A stretch of 64,000 nt of DNA. It comes from an uncultured virus (IMG/VR IMGVR_UViG_3300037067_003438) (lineage: Duplodnaviria; Heunggongvirae; Uroviricota; Caudoviricetes). The notes beneath the pieces were generated by a model, which had not been told where the DNA came from, searched no databases, and saw nothing but the letters and a program-made list of their open reading frames with translations. The first letter of the stretch is position 1; every line of letters starts with the position of its first letter. Shown here in pieces: positions 21,731 through 32,172 of the stretch. Where the stretch lies: the IMG/VR virus record IMGVR_UViG_3300037067_003438; one strand, given 5' to 3'. A program made the position numbers and the translations under genes.

Positions 21731-22264
21731 TCATTTTGTTCTATTTCTTTTGAGAATATAATCTAATCCAATATCTTTGTCCCACCACCATATAACAGTA
21801 GAATAATTATATACAGTAGTGTAATAACAATGACGATATGGAGGAATTATACGTTGAATTTCTTGAATGATGTACCATTCTTTAGTGAATGGATTTTGTT
21901 TATAGATATATGTTATTTGTTCATCTTGGTAGTAAATATGGGCGATACGATAAGCATGTGGAATAATTCTATAAGGAATATTATGTTTTATAAAGTATTC
22001 GCTTAAATATCTTTCATCCCAATGATTTACTATTTGGGTTTCCCAGCGGTTTTCCGTAGTGCGAATTTGTGGATTGTACTGGGTTTTACGTTTGACCTTC
22101 CAAGATTTTTGGATAGTTACATGTTTTTCGTTATTCCATGGGTCGAGTTGATAACTACCTCTTTTTGCTCTACCCCATTTTACCCTTTGTCCATCTTCTC
22201 TGTATAAACAATTAGCCCTGCGTTCCTGCTGGGTACGCATTCGTTGATAATAGTGCTGATACAT
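21731..22264 (-). CDS. Phage hypothetical protein
   Basis: 177 aa ORF with AAGGA RBS. Confidence 0.55.
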   Translation of the reverse strand: MYQHYYQRMRTQQERRANCLYREDGQRVKWGRAKRGSYQLDPWNNEKHVTIQKSWKVKRKTQYNPQIRTTENRWETQIVNHWDERYLSEYFIKHNIPYRIIPHAYRIAHIYYQDEQITYIYKQNPFTKEWYIIQEIQRIIPPYRHCYYTTVYNYSTVIWWWDKDIGLDYILKRNRTK

Positions 22265-22655
22265 TGTGGTTCCTTTATATAAGATTAGTTAGAGAAATTA
22301 ATATCTCGTACTAAAATATATAAAGGATATAATTAATTTAATCATTTTCAAACCCTCTAAATTGCCAACGTAAATTCCAAACCTTACGATATTGCTTTAC
22401 ATACTTATCATATTTTGTGAAATAATATTCTATATATTCATATTTACAATTAGCAAATTCTAACCATCGTATGTCACCGTCATCATTTAACGGGAACCAT
22501 AGAAATTTTTTGATTCTTTTAATGTCACCACATTTTGGATATCTTTTAGTCCATCTCATAATTTATAAAACCGCTGTTTCGTCAGACCGGTACAGCGGTA
22601 AACCTTTGCTGGCGTACATATCACTGATAAGACGCAAATTATAATAAAAAAAAAT

Positions 22656-22824
22656 ATATATCTGGCTTGAGTACAGATTCCCAGGCGATTTCCATAAATG
22701 ATGGTTTTTTAGTTTTGTCAATTACTAACGTGTCGCTTCACGTTTGACAATTCCGGGTCTTGCATTTTGGCGTCATCTGTTTAGAACCCACCAAAACCAT
22801 GCGTGTCCTTCCACGCCGATATAT
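22656..22824 (-). ncRNA. Putative tRNA-like structured ncRNA
   Basis: Closing stem AUAUAUC-GGC/GCC-A-GAUAUAU, hairpin GCGUG/CACGC, stem AUGGUUUU/AAAACCAU, followed by U tract. Confidence 0.5.
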
Positions 22825-23208
22825 TTGATTTATATTACTCCGTAGTAGGTAATTTGATTCGTATATTAACTGGAATATCACCCTTTAAACCTAAAATTTC
22901 AATTGGTAAATGAATTTCTAAATCTATTCCGCCATCGGACTGTAGACGATCAATAATTTCGTCTAATTTTTGTACCAAGCCTCTAGCCTCATATGCAGCG
23001 GCATTTGCCTGATTAGCGGCTGCACTTACATTACCCATTGCGTTTTTAACTGCTCTTGGCATTTTTATCCTCTTCTTTGGTATAATTTTTGGGAAGTTTT
23101 TCTATTACGGACTTATCAATAGTATCTAATTCCGAGTCTTGTTCTATGGGTTGTTCAACCCTTTGTGGTAAACCACCCGATCTTTGTTCTGGACTTATAA
23201 ATGTCATA

Positions 23209-24102
23209 TTATTCTCTTTCTGCTAGCTGTTTTCGTAATCGTTTATTTTCCCGTTTTAGATCTCGCACTTCTTGACTTTTGGTTTTTCTAACCTTAACAG
23301 GTTTTTCAGGATAATAACCTTGTAAGAATAATTTTAATATTACACAATCCTTTTCTATATCAATATAAGTTGAACTAAATAACTGTCCTGTTGATTTTCC
23401 TTCTACCGTACAACCATCTTGAAGACTATTAATATTAGCCACCGAACTATTTGACATATATCCAGCGGTTGGTTGGTCGGTTTCTAAACTATAACCATAT
23501 GATTGACCACATGATTGACCACAAATACTACCACCTCTTGATTTTCCAGTACTTCTCGGTGTGGATGGAAATTTATGTCTTGTAGAATTAGTATGTTGAT
23601 TGGATGAATAAAATGTTATATCTGGATATTGTTTAGATGGTGAATATGGTTTATATGGATCTCTCCATGGAATATATGGTTGACCTATATACGGTTGAGG
23701 ATAATAATGGTCGTAATGATGAATATGCACTTCTTTTGGTTGTTCAATCTTTTTTTCAAGATAAAACCGTGCCTCAATAACCCCTTTTACCTTATCTTCG
23801 TTAGCCCCATTTTTTCCCGCGTCTACTGCTTCAGGACTATCTAAATCTACAAATTTGAAACCACAATCTTTATCAGCATGGCGTTTAATATCTATGTAAT
23901 CATTTGCCGGAACTATAAATCCTGCCCCAGATACGTTTTCATTATCTATAGAGAATTTTACTACCGCTCGACGATCATTTTTGTTGCGTAGACGCAGACT
24001 ATAATTAGTTCCGAATGGTATAGGTACACACCCGTTCGCCAATTCTTTCTGGACTTGTCCATCAACCAAAATACACATTACGAACCGTGATGAAAAAACC
24101 AT
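23209..24102 (-). CDS. Conserved hypothetical protein
   Basis: 297 aa ORF with AGGAG RBS. Confidence 0.65.
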   Translation of the reverse strand: MVFSSRFVMCILVDGQVQKELANGCVPIPFGTNYSLRLRNKNDRRAVVKFSIDNENVSGAGFIVPANDYIDIKRHADKDCGFKFVDLDSPEAVDAGKNGANEDKVKGVIEARFYLEKKIEQPKEVHIHHYDHYYPQPYIGQPYIPWRDPYKPYSPSKQYPDITFYSSNQHTNSTRHKFPSTPRSTGKSRGGSICGQSCGQSYGYSLETDQPTAGYMSNSSVANINSLQDGCTVEGKSTGQLFSSTYIDIEKDCVILKLFLQGYYPEKPVKVRKTKSQEVRDLKRENKRLRKQLAERE

Positions 24103-24295
24103 AACATAATCTCCTGTTTAAACTACGCCATTAATCCCAATTTGGCAAATTTGAAAAGTCGGATTAACTTTTCGGGATAAAAACTGCTTTTTAAACGAGA
24201 GCAGTAAACTCTAGCCTATTTCTCTCGCCGCTTTAACGATGGTGGCCACCCAACGTTGTAGGGTGGACGGAACCCTTATAATTATACACCGTTTT

Positions 24296-24787
24296 TTATA
24301 AAAACGACCCTGTTCCCATATCTATTATAACCCTCTTTTCGGGTTTGTCAAGGGACTTTTCCAGAGGTTTATCTAAAGATTTGGGCGATTCCTGCTCTAA
24401 AACTACGATAGATGGCGGTAAGGATTTTTCTACGTTCTTTTTTTTTATTCTATCTAAAAATTTTATAATTCCAGCCTTGTCTGTAACCCCCACCCTATCG
24501 ACTTCCTTATAATTTTCCTCTTTATCTTCCTTTTTCATAAGTAAAACGGTTGGAAATCCCTTGATTTTATAATTTTTCATCATATCAAGATCTTTATCAC
24601 CATTTACACTAATCCTGGTAATCTCTTTTTCCACTAATAATTTTTCTATTTCTTCGTCCATCCACACTGTTTTTTCCATAACTTTACATGGTCCGCACCA
24701 CGGGGCAGAAAAACAATAAAGTTGATAGCTTTCCGGGTAGGCTATCGAGCAATATAATATAATTAGTAAGAAAAATAATTTATACAT
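24296..24787 (-). CDS. Exported thioredoxin-like protein
   Basis: Signal peptide, WCGPC, cis-Pro GFPT. Confidence 0.85.
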   Translation of the reverse strand: MYKLFFLLIILYCSIAYPESYQLYCFSAPWCGPCKVMEKTVWMDEEIEKLLVEKEITRISVNGDKDLDMMKNYKIKGFPTVLLMKKEDKEENYKEVDRVGVTDKAGIIKFLDRIKKKNVEKSLPPSIVVLEQESPKSLDKPLEKSLDKPEKRVIIDMGTGSFL

Positions 24788-25263
24788 TATCGTCTAAACC
24801 AGCGTTTGCGTGAGGAATAATTAGTAGAAGTATTGGTATAAAAATTGGTTTGTGTGGAAATTTCCGCTTTTCCCGAAAACATTTGACACCAATAAGGGGT
24901 CCCGTTGGGGGTATAACTTACTGAAATACCCATATATTTATATCCTCCTAAAATATTAGCTCTGTGTCCCGAACTATTCAACCACGCACGCATTACAGTG
25001 GGGACATCTTTATGAAACATTGCTATGTTTTCGGCTACTGGATAACTACTGTGGGTCATAGAACGGCGATTTGCCATCCATCCAGCATGTTTTCGGGCAT
25101 TTTGAAGTAAATTAATACTTAATTCTAAAGGATGTAATCCATGACGGACTCTCTCTTGGTTAACCGCCTCAAATAATTGTTTTTCTACTGGTTCTAGTAT
25201 AGCTTCTTGGGCGTGTAAAGTCAAGGGTAATAGCAAAATAGTTGACAAAATAAATAATTTCAA
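24787..25263 (-). CDS. CAP/SCP (YkwD-like) domain protein
   Basis: NQER..GL.PL, H..M, H, ENIA, W.NS.GHRANIL, YWCQ.F. Confidence 0.9.
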   Translation of the reverse strand: MKLFILSTILLLPLTLHAQEAILEPVEKQLFEAVNQERVRHGLHPLELSINLLQNARKHAGWMANRRSMTHSSYPVAENIAMFHKDVPTVMRAWLNSSGHRANILGGYKYMGISVSYTPNGTPYWCQMFSGKAEISTQTNFYTNTSTNYSSRKRWFRR

Positions 25264-25466
25264 GATTAATTTTCCGTTTTTATTGTGTATAATCGCAATC
25301 CCGGCAAATCAACCGCACTTGTTCACCATCAAAATACGGATATAAAGGTGTATGATTACTATTATTTCCACAGGTAAATGGATGTAGTTTATTAAGCAAA
25401 TTCTCTTCTTTATATAATCTATTGGTTTAATGTTTAGTATAAAGATTCATAATTCTCACAATATCT

Positions 25467-26150
25467 TCATAATCTATTTCTGAGTTCATTTGTTTTTACC
25501 TCGTCTTCTTCTGTGGAATTTTCATCTGAATATCCTTTATGTCTAAATCTATATTTTTCTTTAGTGTGTAGAATTTCTAAAGTAGAGGTAAATCCAATAA
25601 TTCCCCCAGTTCTATCTAAGGTTTCATGGCATCCTGGACTTGCCCCTGGGGTAGGTGCCATATTTATATATCGACAATCTTTTGAACATCCCCTAAATTG
25701 ATAATCAGGATATAAATCTTTTCTTTCTACTCCATCAATATAGTTCACTCTTGGGAAGGCAATGACCTGACAACCTTGAAGTGCGGCATTGGCTATATCT
25801 TCTTTTACTCTTCCACAATGTAATAATTCTTCATCTGCGTCCAAAAAAATTAACCAATCACAAGGATTGCGTTCTATGATAGAATTACGCATTGTGGCAA
25901 AATCGTTATTGAGAAGGTGGGAAAAAATCTCCAATTTAGAATAAATCATATTGGGATAAAAAAAAGTTCCCATTACTACTTTTTCTGGAGAAAATTGTGG
26001 TAAATATTCTTTTAATTTTTCACCTAAAATCTCAAACGGACAGTCTACAGCAATAATAACACGATCAAAGTGGACCGCGTGATATTCCAACCACTGAGGT
26101 AATAAAGGAAAATCAATTGGTGATAGAATCAGACCTAGTGCTACAGTCAT
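25467..26150 (-). CDS. Glycosyltransferase, GT2-like
   Basis: DF...RN, W...LDADE, PDYQ.R, HE. Confidence 0.75.
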   Translation of the reverse strand: MTVALGLILSPIDFPLLPQWLEYHAVHFDRVIIAVDCPFEILGEKLKEYLPQFSPEKVVMGTFFYPNMIYSKLEIFSHLLNNDFATMRNSIIERNPCDWLIFLDADEELLHCGRVKEDIANAALQGCQVIAFPRVNYIDGVERKDLYPDYQFRGCSKDCRYINMAPTPGASPGCHETLDRTGGIIGFTSTLEILHTKEKYRFRHKGYSDENSTEEDEVKTNELRNRL

Positions 26151-27189
26151 TATAAATATCCTGGAAAAGAGCTTTAAGTGTTAGTGAATAATTTTTAATA
26201 CTATATCGTGAAGCTAATGCAGATATTGGTATTGTATTAATGTTTTCCAATTTCCATGTCTTATCATGATGTGGTTGTAGGGGATCATAAATAAAATCTT
26301 GTGTATGTTCAAGAGCGGCAATAATTCTACATTTTAGATTTTTATATGAATCACCACAATAATTTCTGTCAAGCGAAAGTTCAAAAGGTTGGGTTTGAAA
26401 TTGTGTGTCTAAATCTCCAAAACCAATACATGGTATATTTAATGCCGCACAATTTAGATTAAACGAGCCCGCCGCCCGTGCTGACATTAAATTAATTCCT
26501 ATTCTATAGGTTTTTAATACATTTAACCAATCCGGCCAAGCCATCCAGGGATGAACGGTAATCTGTGGAAATTTAGCAAAAAATTCACGATTTTCCGGTG
26601 TGATCCTACCCATTCCTGGAATACCAATTCGCTCCATACCTAAGTCTAGACATAGTTTTAGAGAGGGCATGGCGTTATACCAGGTTCCTGGACATCCCAT
26701 TATCATTACACCAGAGCGTTGGTCTAAAGGTAGTGGTTCGGGCATCCAACTGTCGTCATAAAGTGTTGGTATAACATAACTTGTGTCGTGATGGCGTGTA
26801 ATCTCTCCTAAATATTCCACGTCTTGTTGATTATGCCCAAATACAAAATTCGCACTATCTAAAATTTTCAACCAATTATATTGATCGTGGGCGGACCATT
26901 CTTCAAAATAATTAATTGGTCCATCCTGAGCTATGCCAACTACAACATTTGGAAATTCCTGTATATATCGCCAAATTAGTTCATTAACTTCTGGTTTTTT
27001 CTTATAGAATAGAAAGAAGGATAAATCAGGGGTGTGTAATTCTTTTTCCTGTATTAATTTTGGAATCATTTCTAACGGAATCATAGTTCCATTTACAGCC
27101 TTTAGGATATTTACATATGTATCATGGGGTAATAATCCAGAAAAGGTTTTACCATAATGTGAATTTGGCGACAAATAACAGATATTCAT
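26113..27189 (-). CDS. Divergent GT-B glycosyltransferase
   Basis: GSFNLNCAALNIPCIG region; cluster context. Confidence 0.55.
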   Translation of the reverse strand: MNICYLSPNSHYGKTFSGLLPHDTYVNILKAVNGTMIPLEMIPKLIQEKELHTPDLSFFLFYKKKPEVNELIWRYIQEFPNVVVGIAQDGPINYFEEWSAHDQYNWLKILDSANFVFGHNQQDVEYLGEITRHHDTSYVIPTLYDDSWMPEPLPLDQRSGVMIMGCPGTWYNAMPSLKLCLDLGMERIGIPGMGRITPENREFFAKFPQITVHPWMAWPDWLNVLKTYRIGINLMSARAAGSFNLNCAALNIPCIGFGDLDTQFQTQPFELSLDRNYCGDSYKNLKCRIIAALEHTQDFIYDPLQPHHDKTWKLENINTIPISALASRYSIKNYSLTLKALFQDIYNDCSTRSDSITN

Positions 27190-27215
27190 TCTTCTACTTG
27201 ACCTTACTGCTTTCT

Positions 27216-27788
27216 TTACTGATCCTGAAATCCTTCGTTTTCCATATCAGCCGCACATAACACCGCTATTAGCGGAGTGGGTTGATAATGTGTATTTTCT
27301 ACTGACATATTATGCCAATTTAAATGGGAATTATTATGGGTGTGACCGTGTAAATAAATAAGATTACTATATGATTGTTCTATTTGTCTATACAAATTAC
27401 ATTCATAAATATTTTCTTCATCAGGTGGGAGATGTGTGAGAAAAAACCACCTATTATTAATTTGTCCAATCCACGATCTTTGAAAAGAGGTAAAAAGTGA
27501 TTGTAAATATTTAGATTTCTTAATTAATTTATCATGATTTCCATAGATAAAATGAATTGTCTGACAATTAATCCTATTTCTCCAATATTCTATGACCGCT
27601 GGATTGTTTTCTCGACCGTATAAAAAATCTCCCAAATACCATAGTACGTCATCTTTACCAACTAACCGGTTGATCTTATCAATTAAAGTATGGTTCATTT
27701 CCTCGATTGTAAAGAAGGGGCGATGACAATACTGAATGATATTTTTATGATTTATGTGAAGATCCGAGGTTATCCAGTGATTTACCAT
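27216..27788 (-). CDS. Calcineurin-like metallophosphoesterase
   Basis: SDLH, LGD, GNHD, H, HGHTH. Confidence 0.9.
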   Translation of the reverse strand: MVNHWITSDLHINHKNIIQYCHRPFFTIEEMNHTLIDKINRLVGKDDVLWYLGDFLYGRENNPAVIEYWRNRINCQTIHFIYGNHDKLIKKSKYLQSLFTSFQRSWIGQINNRWFFLTHLPPDEENIYECNLYRQIEQSYSNLIYLHGHTHNNSHLNWHNMSVENTHYQPTPLIAVLCAADMENEGFQDQ

Positions 27789-28492
27789 GTTATAGAAAAA
27801 TTTGCATCAGATTTGAGAATTGCTTTAGAATAAATTTCTGTTGAGCTAACCCATTTTATATTATAAATTTCATTTAATTTGTTGATATAATTTATTAAAT
27901 TGTTGAAATTATTTTCACTATCTATATTATTTTTTCCGCATTCGGCTGCGGCGTGAGAGTGGAAAATCAATATATCGTCATTATTATACCCTGGTCGATG
28001 GCTCTCGTCAACCCCCCACATGTGTAAATTTTCATACCAACATGGGTGTCCAGCTAGAATATATCCGTAATCTTTTATAATCTGTGCATTTTCGTGAACC
28101 ATCTGCCATCCAGGTGGGCGAATTAACCTACAATTATAAATATCGCAACAAATATTATGCGTTTCCATTATATGTTGAAAATACTCTGGTCTACATAAAT
28201 ATTCACAACATCCAGGATGGCAGGGAGAGTCATGAAAATATCCATGATAAGCAATTTCCACACTACGGGTGGCATCCATACCACTATATTTATTCATTAA
28301 AATATCTATATCTTCCGCAAATTGCCAATAATTGCACACATCACAAAATCCGTGATAGTTTTGTGGAACATACAAAGTCATAGTGGCTTTAGGATAGATG
28401 TTAAAAAATTTATTTAACCACGGCATAGCACGGTCAAAGTAGGGGCAAACATCATCGCAATCAAAAACACAATATAGATTAGGTTTAGTCAT
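27782..28492 (-). CDS. Polysaccharide deacetylase-like protein
   Basis: FDCDD, EIAYHGYFH, RPPGW, FHSH. Confidence 0.65.
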   Translation of the reverse strand: MTKPNLYCVFDCDDVCPYFDRAMPWLNKFFNIYPKATMTLYVPQNYHGFCDVCNYWQFAEDIDILMNKYSGMDATRSVEIAYHGYFHDSPCHPGCCEYLCRPEYFQHIMETHNICCDIYNCRLIRPPGWQMVHENAQIIKDYGYILAGHPCWYENLHMWGVDESHRPGYNNDDILIFHSHAAAECGKNNIDSENNFNNLINYINKLNEIYNIKWVSSTEIYSKAILKSDANFSITW

Positions 28493-29082
28493 TAAATTTT
28501 CCTAACATATGCCATTATTACCTTAAAACTTCCTTCAAAAATATGTAAATCAAATACATCACCGTATGGAGATAATAAATCTTTAATGTCTTGAATAGAA
28601 TACGACCAAACGTGTTCGGTGGTGACAATGGTTTGCTTTATACCCTCCTCCCATGGGGTAGATATCGCTAATATCCCATCTTTTTTAAGAACTCTTATTG
28701 CTTCTTTAATAAATGCGGCTGGTTCTTCTAAATGTTCAATTACCTCGCCCGCAACAACATAGTTAAAATATTGGCTGGGCATTGGAATGCGTGTAAAAGT
28801 ATCGGCAATATAATTGACCTTGGGATAAATTTTCGACATTTCCGCTATAACTTTTTCAGCGTGATCTATGCCCCATATTTCGTTTACGGGATTTTCGGCG
28901 AGTTGTCCAGGTTTAGGAGAGTTGAAACATCCGAGATCGATATATCTACCTTTTGTAAAATATTTTGCCAACTCATCAAATCTATCTTGATCTTCACTGT
29001 GGGGTTTGGAATGCCAGATATTCTTAAAAATATCTTCAGAAAGTTCGGGTGTGTTAATATTGTTTGGATTAAGTCTTATCAT
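28492..29082 (-). CDS. Class I SAM methyltransferase
   Basis: IDLGC, GID, EVIEHL...RVLK.DG..ISTP. Confidence 0.85.
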   Translation of the reverse strand: MIRLNPNNINTPELSEDIFKNIWHSKPHSEDQDRFDELAKYFTKGRYIDLGCFNSPKPGQLAENPVNEIWGIDHAEKVIAEMSKIYPKVNYIADTFTRIPMPSQYFNYVVAGEVIEHLEEPAAFIKEAIRVLKKDGILAISTPWEEGIKQTIVTTEHVWSYSIQDIKDLLSPYGDVFDLHIFEGSFKVIMAYVRKI

Positions 29083-30193
29083 TATATTTATTTATAACCT
29101 CACAAATATATAAAACATCATCATCTGTCAAGGTTGGATATAATGGAAGATATAATCCTGTTTCACTAAGTAGCCGTGCTATTGGATTATCGTGTGTTAC
29201 ATATTTTGTAAGAAAAACTTGCTGGCTGAATGGATTGAAGTATGTGCGGTGATCGACACCATTTTCAGCGAGATGTTCACGGAATTTTTGACGTTCATTC
29301 ACTAAAATTGGCATAACCCAATTTGTTGATCCTGGGGTTGTAGGAACTAAAATACTGGAATTTGTGATATTCTCTTCGTAAATCCCACGGATTTCTTTGC
29401 GACGAATAATAAATCTATCTTTCTTCTTATGTTGTTCTATTCCAATAGCAGCTTGCATGTCAGTCATCCTAACACCCCAGGCGTGTTCAGTGTGCCAAAA
29501 ATGTTTGCCTGGTGTAAAAGCGTGCATTTGTATACGGTCAAGACGATCTTTTACGTCTAGATTATCAGTCAAAACCATGCCACCTTCACCAGTTGTAATA
29601 ATCTTATTAGAGTAAAAACTAAAAATAGATAAATCACCACACGATCCAACTACATTTCCATTATTATCTCTGGCGTAATGACTTTCTGCGCAGTCCTCTA
29701 TGACTCTTATATGTTTATGATGTAAGAAATTTACTATATCTTGTGTATATTCTATCGGTTCCCCGTATGTATGAACAATAATTGCCGCTTTAGTTTTTGG
29801 GGTAATACATTGATTTAGTGTGATTTTAGACACATTACCAACACCACTTTGCACATCACTATCTGCAAATACAGGAATAGCCCCAATAGCCAACACAGCA
29901 TTAGCTACAGCAATCATAGTCAGATCTGGAACGATTACTTCATCGCCAGCTTTCACATCTGCCGCTACCAATGCTAAAATCAGGGCGGTTGCCCCAGAAT
30001 TACATGAACTTCCAAATTTTTTATTATGTGCGTTGGCAATTAATTGTTCAAATTCTTTCACTTTTGGTCCACGGGAAACCCATCCGTCTTGAACAACTTG
30101 TTTTACGGCATCAATTTCTTCTTGTTCAAGTGTCGGTTTGGCTACTTGAATATATTTTTTAGCATTTTTATTTATAATTGGGTCCATTAACAT
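29069..30193 (-). CDS. DegT/DnrJ sugar aminotransferase (perosamine-synthase-like)
   Basis: IEDCAESH, FSFYSNKIITTGEGGM (PLP Lys), GLYLP. Confidence 0.92.
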   Translation of the reverse strand: MLMDPIINKNAKKYIQVAKPTLEQEEIDAVKQVVQDGWVSRGPKVKEFEQLIANAHNKKFGSSCNSGATALILALVAADVKAGDEVIVPDLTMIAVANAVLAIGAIPVFADSDVQSGVGNVSKITLNQCITPKTKAAIIVHTYGEPIEYTQDIVNFLHHKHIRVIEDCAESHYARDNNGNVVGSCGDLSIFSFYSNKIITTGEGGMVLTDNLDVKDRLDRIQMHAFTPGKHFWHTEHAWGVRMTDMQAAIGIEQHKKKDRFIIRRKEIRGIYEENITNSSILVPTTPGSTNWVMPILVNERQKFREHLAENGVDHRTYFNPFSQQVFLTKYVTHDNPIARLLSETGLYLPLYPTLTDDDVLYICEVINKYNDKT

Positions 30194-30818
30194 AATCTAA
30201 ATATACCTTTCTGCCGTCTTTAGTGTAATAATACGCACTTTCTTTACCAGGAAATGTAAAAGCACGAACAATATGTGTCAAATCTTTAGCGTCGTCTAAT
30301 TTTTTGCAGGAATATAGTGGAAAATTTTGATTACCATCCATTAGTAAGGAATATGTATTACTGTATAATTTTGGCAACCATTGTGCAAACATATTATATA
30401 TTATATCTTCGCTTTTTCTAAAGAGTATTTCGGCTGTGTCATTTGGTCGAATTAAAAATTTCTGCACATCAATAATATTACCGCAATCAATCCCACTGGA
30501 AATTTCATGTAGGGTCACACCATGTTCATAATCTTTGTTTATTAGAACCCAACTACAAATTCCAGAACCGCGATAGCGAGGAAGGATACCTGGGTGAAAA
30601 TTATAACATCTGCGACCTTTAATAAATTCTGGAGGTACTATCTTATCATACAAAATTGAGATAAAAATATCGCAATCCCAAATATCGTCTACTAAATCAT
30701 ATTTTAGTGGTGTATGTCCACCATTAGGATATGGATATGTATTTTTTACCCATTCTATACATTTTTCACCAATCGAACGTGATGTTCCAATATATAATTT
30801 ATCCATAGTATTTCTCAT
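30168..30818 (-). CDS. Sugar N-formyltransferase
   Basis: NFHPGILPRYRG, GVTLH....ID.G.II; adjacent to the aminotransferase. Confidence 0.85.
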   Translation of the reverse strand: MRNTMDKLYIGTSRSIGEKCIEWVKNTYPYPNGGHTPLKYDLVDDIWDCDIFISILYDKIVPPEFIKGRRCYNFHPGILPRYRGSGICSWVLINKDYEHGVTLHEISSGIDCGNIIDVQKFLIRPNDTAEILFRKSEDIIYNMFAQWLPKLYSNTYSLLMDGNQNFPLYSCKKLDDAKDLTHIVRAFTFPGKESAYYYTKDGRKVYLDYVNGPNYK

Positions 30819-31665
30819 ATAGATATTTTAGTCGTAAATAAACTTCATATGCCATTGCTTCTGGACTATAATTCGCTACACAAAATTCTTCACATTCTTT
30901 TCTATCTAAAATAGGTGTGTCACACCAAGTATTTTTTATTACCTCTTTCATGGACTCGTAAGTTGGCTCGTAATAGATGGCCAGTTTTCCAAAATAATCT
31001 TGTGCCCCCATATAAGGTGAATTACACACCACAACCGGCTTACCCAAACAATATCCCTCGATTAGCCCCTGTCCTCCTGTAGAAGCCTCGTACCACGGAC
31101 ATACCACAAAAGAACATTCGGATAATACTTTTTTGTATTCTTCTGCTGATAAATTAATATTACTAGAAATATTAGGAAGATTTAACTCCGTACAAATTTG
31201 TTCAAACCAACCACGTTGACGATCAGGAATATCTCTAAGCGGGTTAAGAATACAACTTTTATCTTCTACATTATCATAATTTAGTGGTAATTTGGTACAT
31301 GTTTTAATACGATATGAATTGGTCACCTTCCAGTGTTCTAAAGCACGTCCAGCGGTACAAAATGATGGCACCCAAGACTCTATACTGTCGTGTAATAATT
31401 CGCCATATTCTTTCCAGGGATATCCTCTAGATTGTTCAAATATCCATCCATAACAATCCCAATTATAATTAATTAATGGAATATTAGGAAAACTATGATG
31501 TATATTTAGAATACTGTTATATTGTGAAATACTCCATCCAATAATAAAATCTACATCTGAATCACATGAGTTAATATATATATCTATATTTTTTTGTTCT
31601 AAAAACGGAACTAAATCATATAAAAAATTATCAGAATTAGATGGAAAAATACATGCTATTTTCAT
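30799..31665 (-). CDS. GT-B (GT4-like) glycosyltransferase
   Basis: EASTGGQGLIEGYCLGKPVV. Confidence 0.7.
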   Translation of the reverse strand: MKIACIFPSNSDNFLYDLVPFLEQKNIDIYINSCDSDVDFIIGWSISQYNSILNIHHSFPNIPLINYNWDCYGWIFEQSRGYPWKEYGELLHDSIESWVPSFCTAGRALEHWKVTNSYRIKTCTKLPLNYDNVEDKSCILNPLRDIPDRQRGWFEQICTELNLPNISSNINLSAEEYKKVLSECSFVVCPWYEASTGGQGLIEGYCLGKPVVVCNSPYMGAQDYFGKLAIYYEPTYESMKEVIKNTWCDTPILDRKECEEFCVANYSPEAMAYEVYLRLKYLYEKYYG

Positions 31666-32172
31666 TTATAATATTGTACACAGTGGTACATCTCCGTTTT
31701 CGCCTTGTGTATATTCTAATAACATAACATGTTTTGCTACTCTTTTTAATTCATTTTCCATATTCTGCCAATCGAGTAATCCACATTCACGAATAACCAT
31801 AACTTTTAAAGAGATTGCTAGAGCCCAATCAAAAGATTTGGTTTCATAAGACAATTTACGTAAATCACCTACATGAAAATTTCCTCCAGGATATATTTGA
31901 TGGGCCAAATCAATTAAAAATGGAGAAATATCTATACCTGTATATTGACTATTGGAGAAAAATTCTATTGCACGTCCATAACCACATGCCGCATCTAAAA
32001 TTTTTGTATCAACAGTTGGTTTAATATATTGTTGAATAAATTGTAGGTTTGTATGATGAATTTTTTGCCATTCATCTAGGCTAGTATGAAAAACCGTTTG
32101 ATGTAATAATCCAGATAATAATGCTTTTTCAGCACGCTCTTTCCAAAAATTATCATTATATATGTCATTCAT
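31666..32172 (-). CDS. Class I SAM methyltransferase
   Basis: ILDAACGYGR, GIDIS, GD. Confidence 0.85.
   Translation of the reverse strand: MNDIYNDNFWKERAEKALLSGLLHQTVFHTSLDEWQKIHHTNLQFIQQYIKPTVDTKILDAACGYGRAIEFFSNSQYTGIDISPFLIDLAHQIYPGGNFHVGDLRKLSYETKSFDWALAISLKVMVIRECGLLDWQNMENELKRVAKHVMLLEYTQGENGDVPLCTIL

Noticed and set aside
22577..22586. CUGACGAAAC as a hammerhead core
   Set aside because: No stem II between CUGANGA and GAAA.
25280..25450. Small zinc-finger-like ORF with an in-frame TAA as evidence of stop-codon recoding
   Set aside because: Isolated case; nearly all other genes are intact under the standard code and many end in TAA, so decay or a downstream TTG start is more likely.
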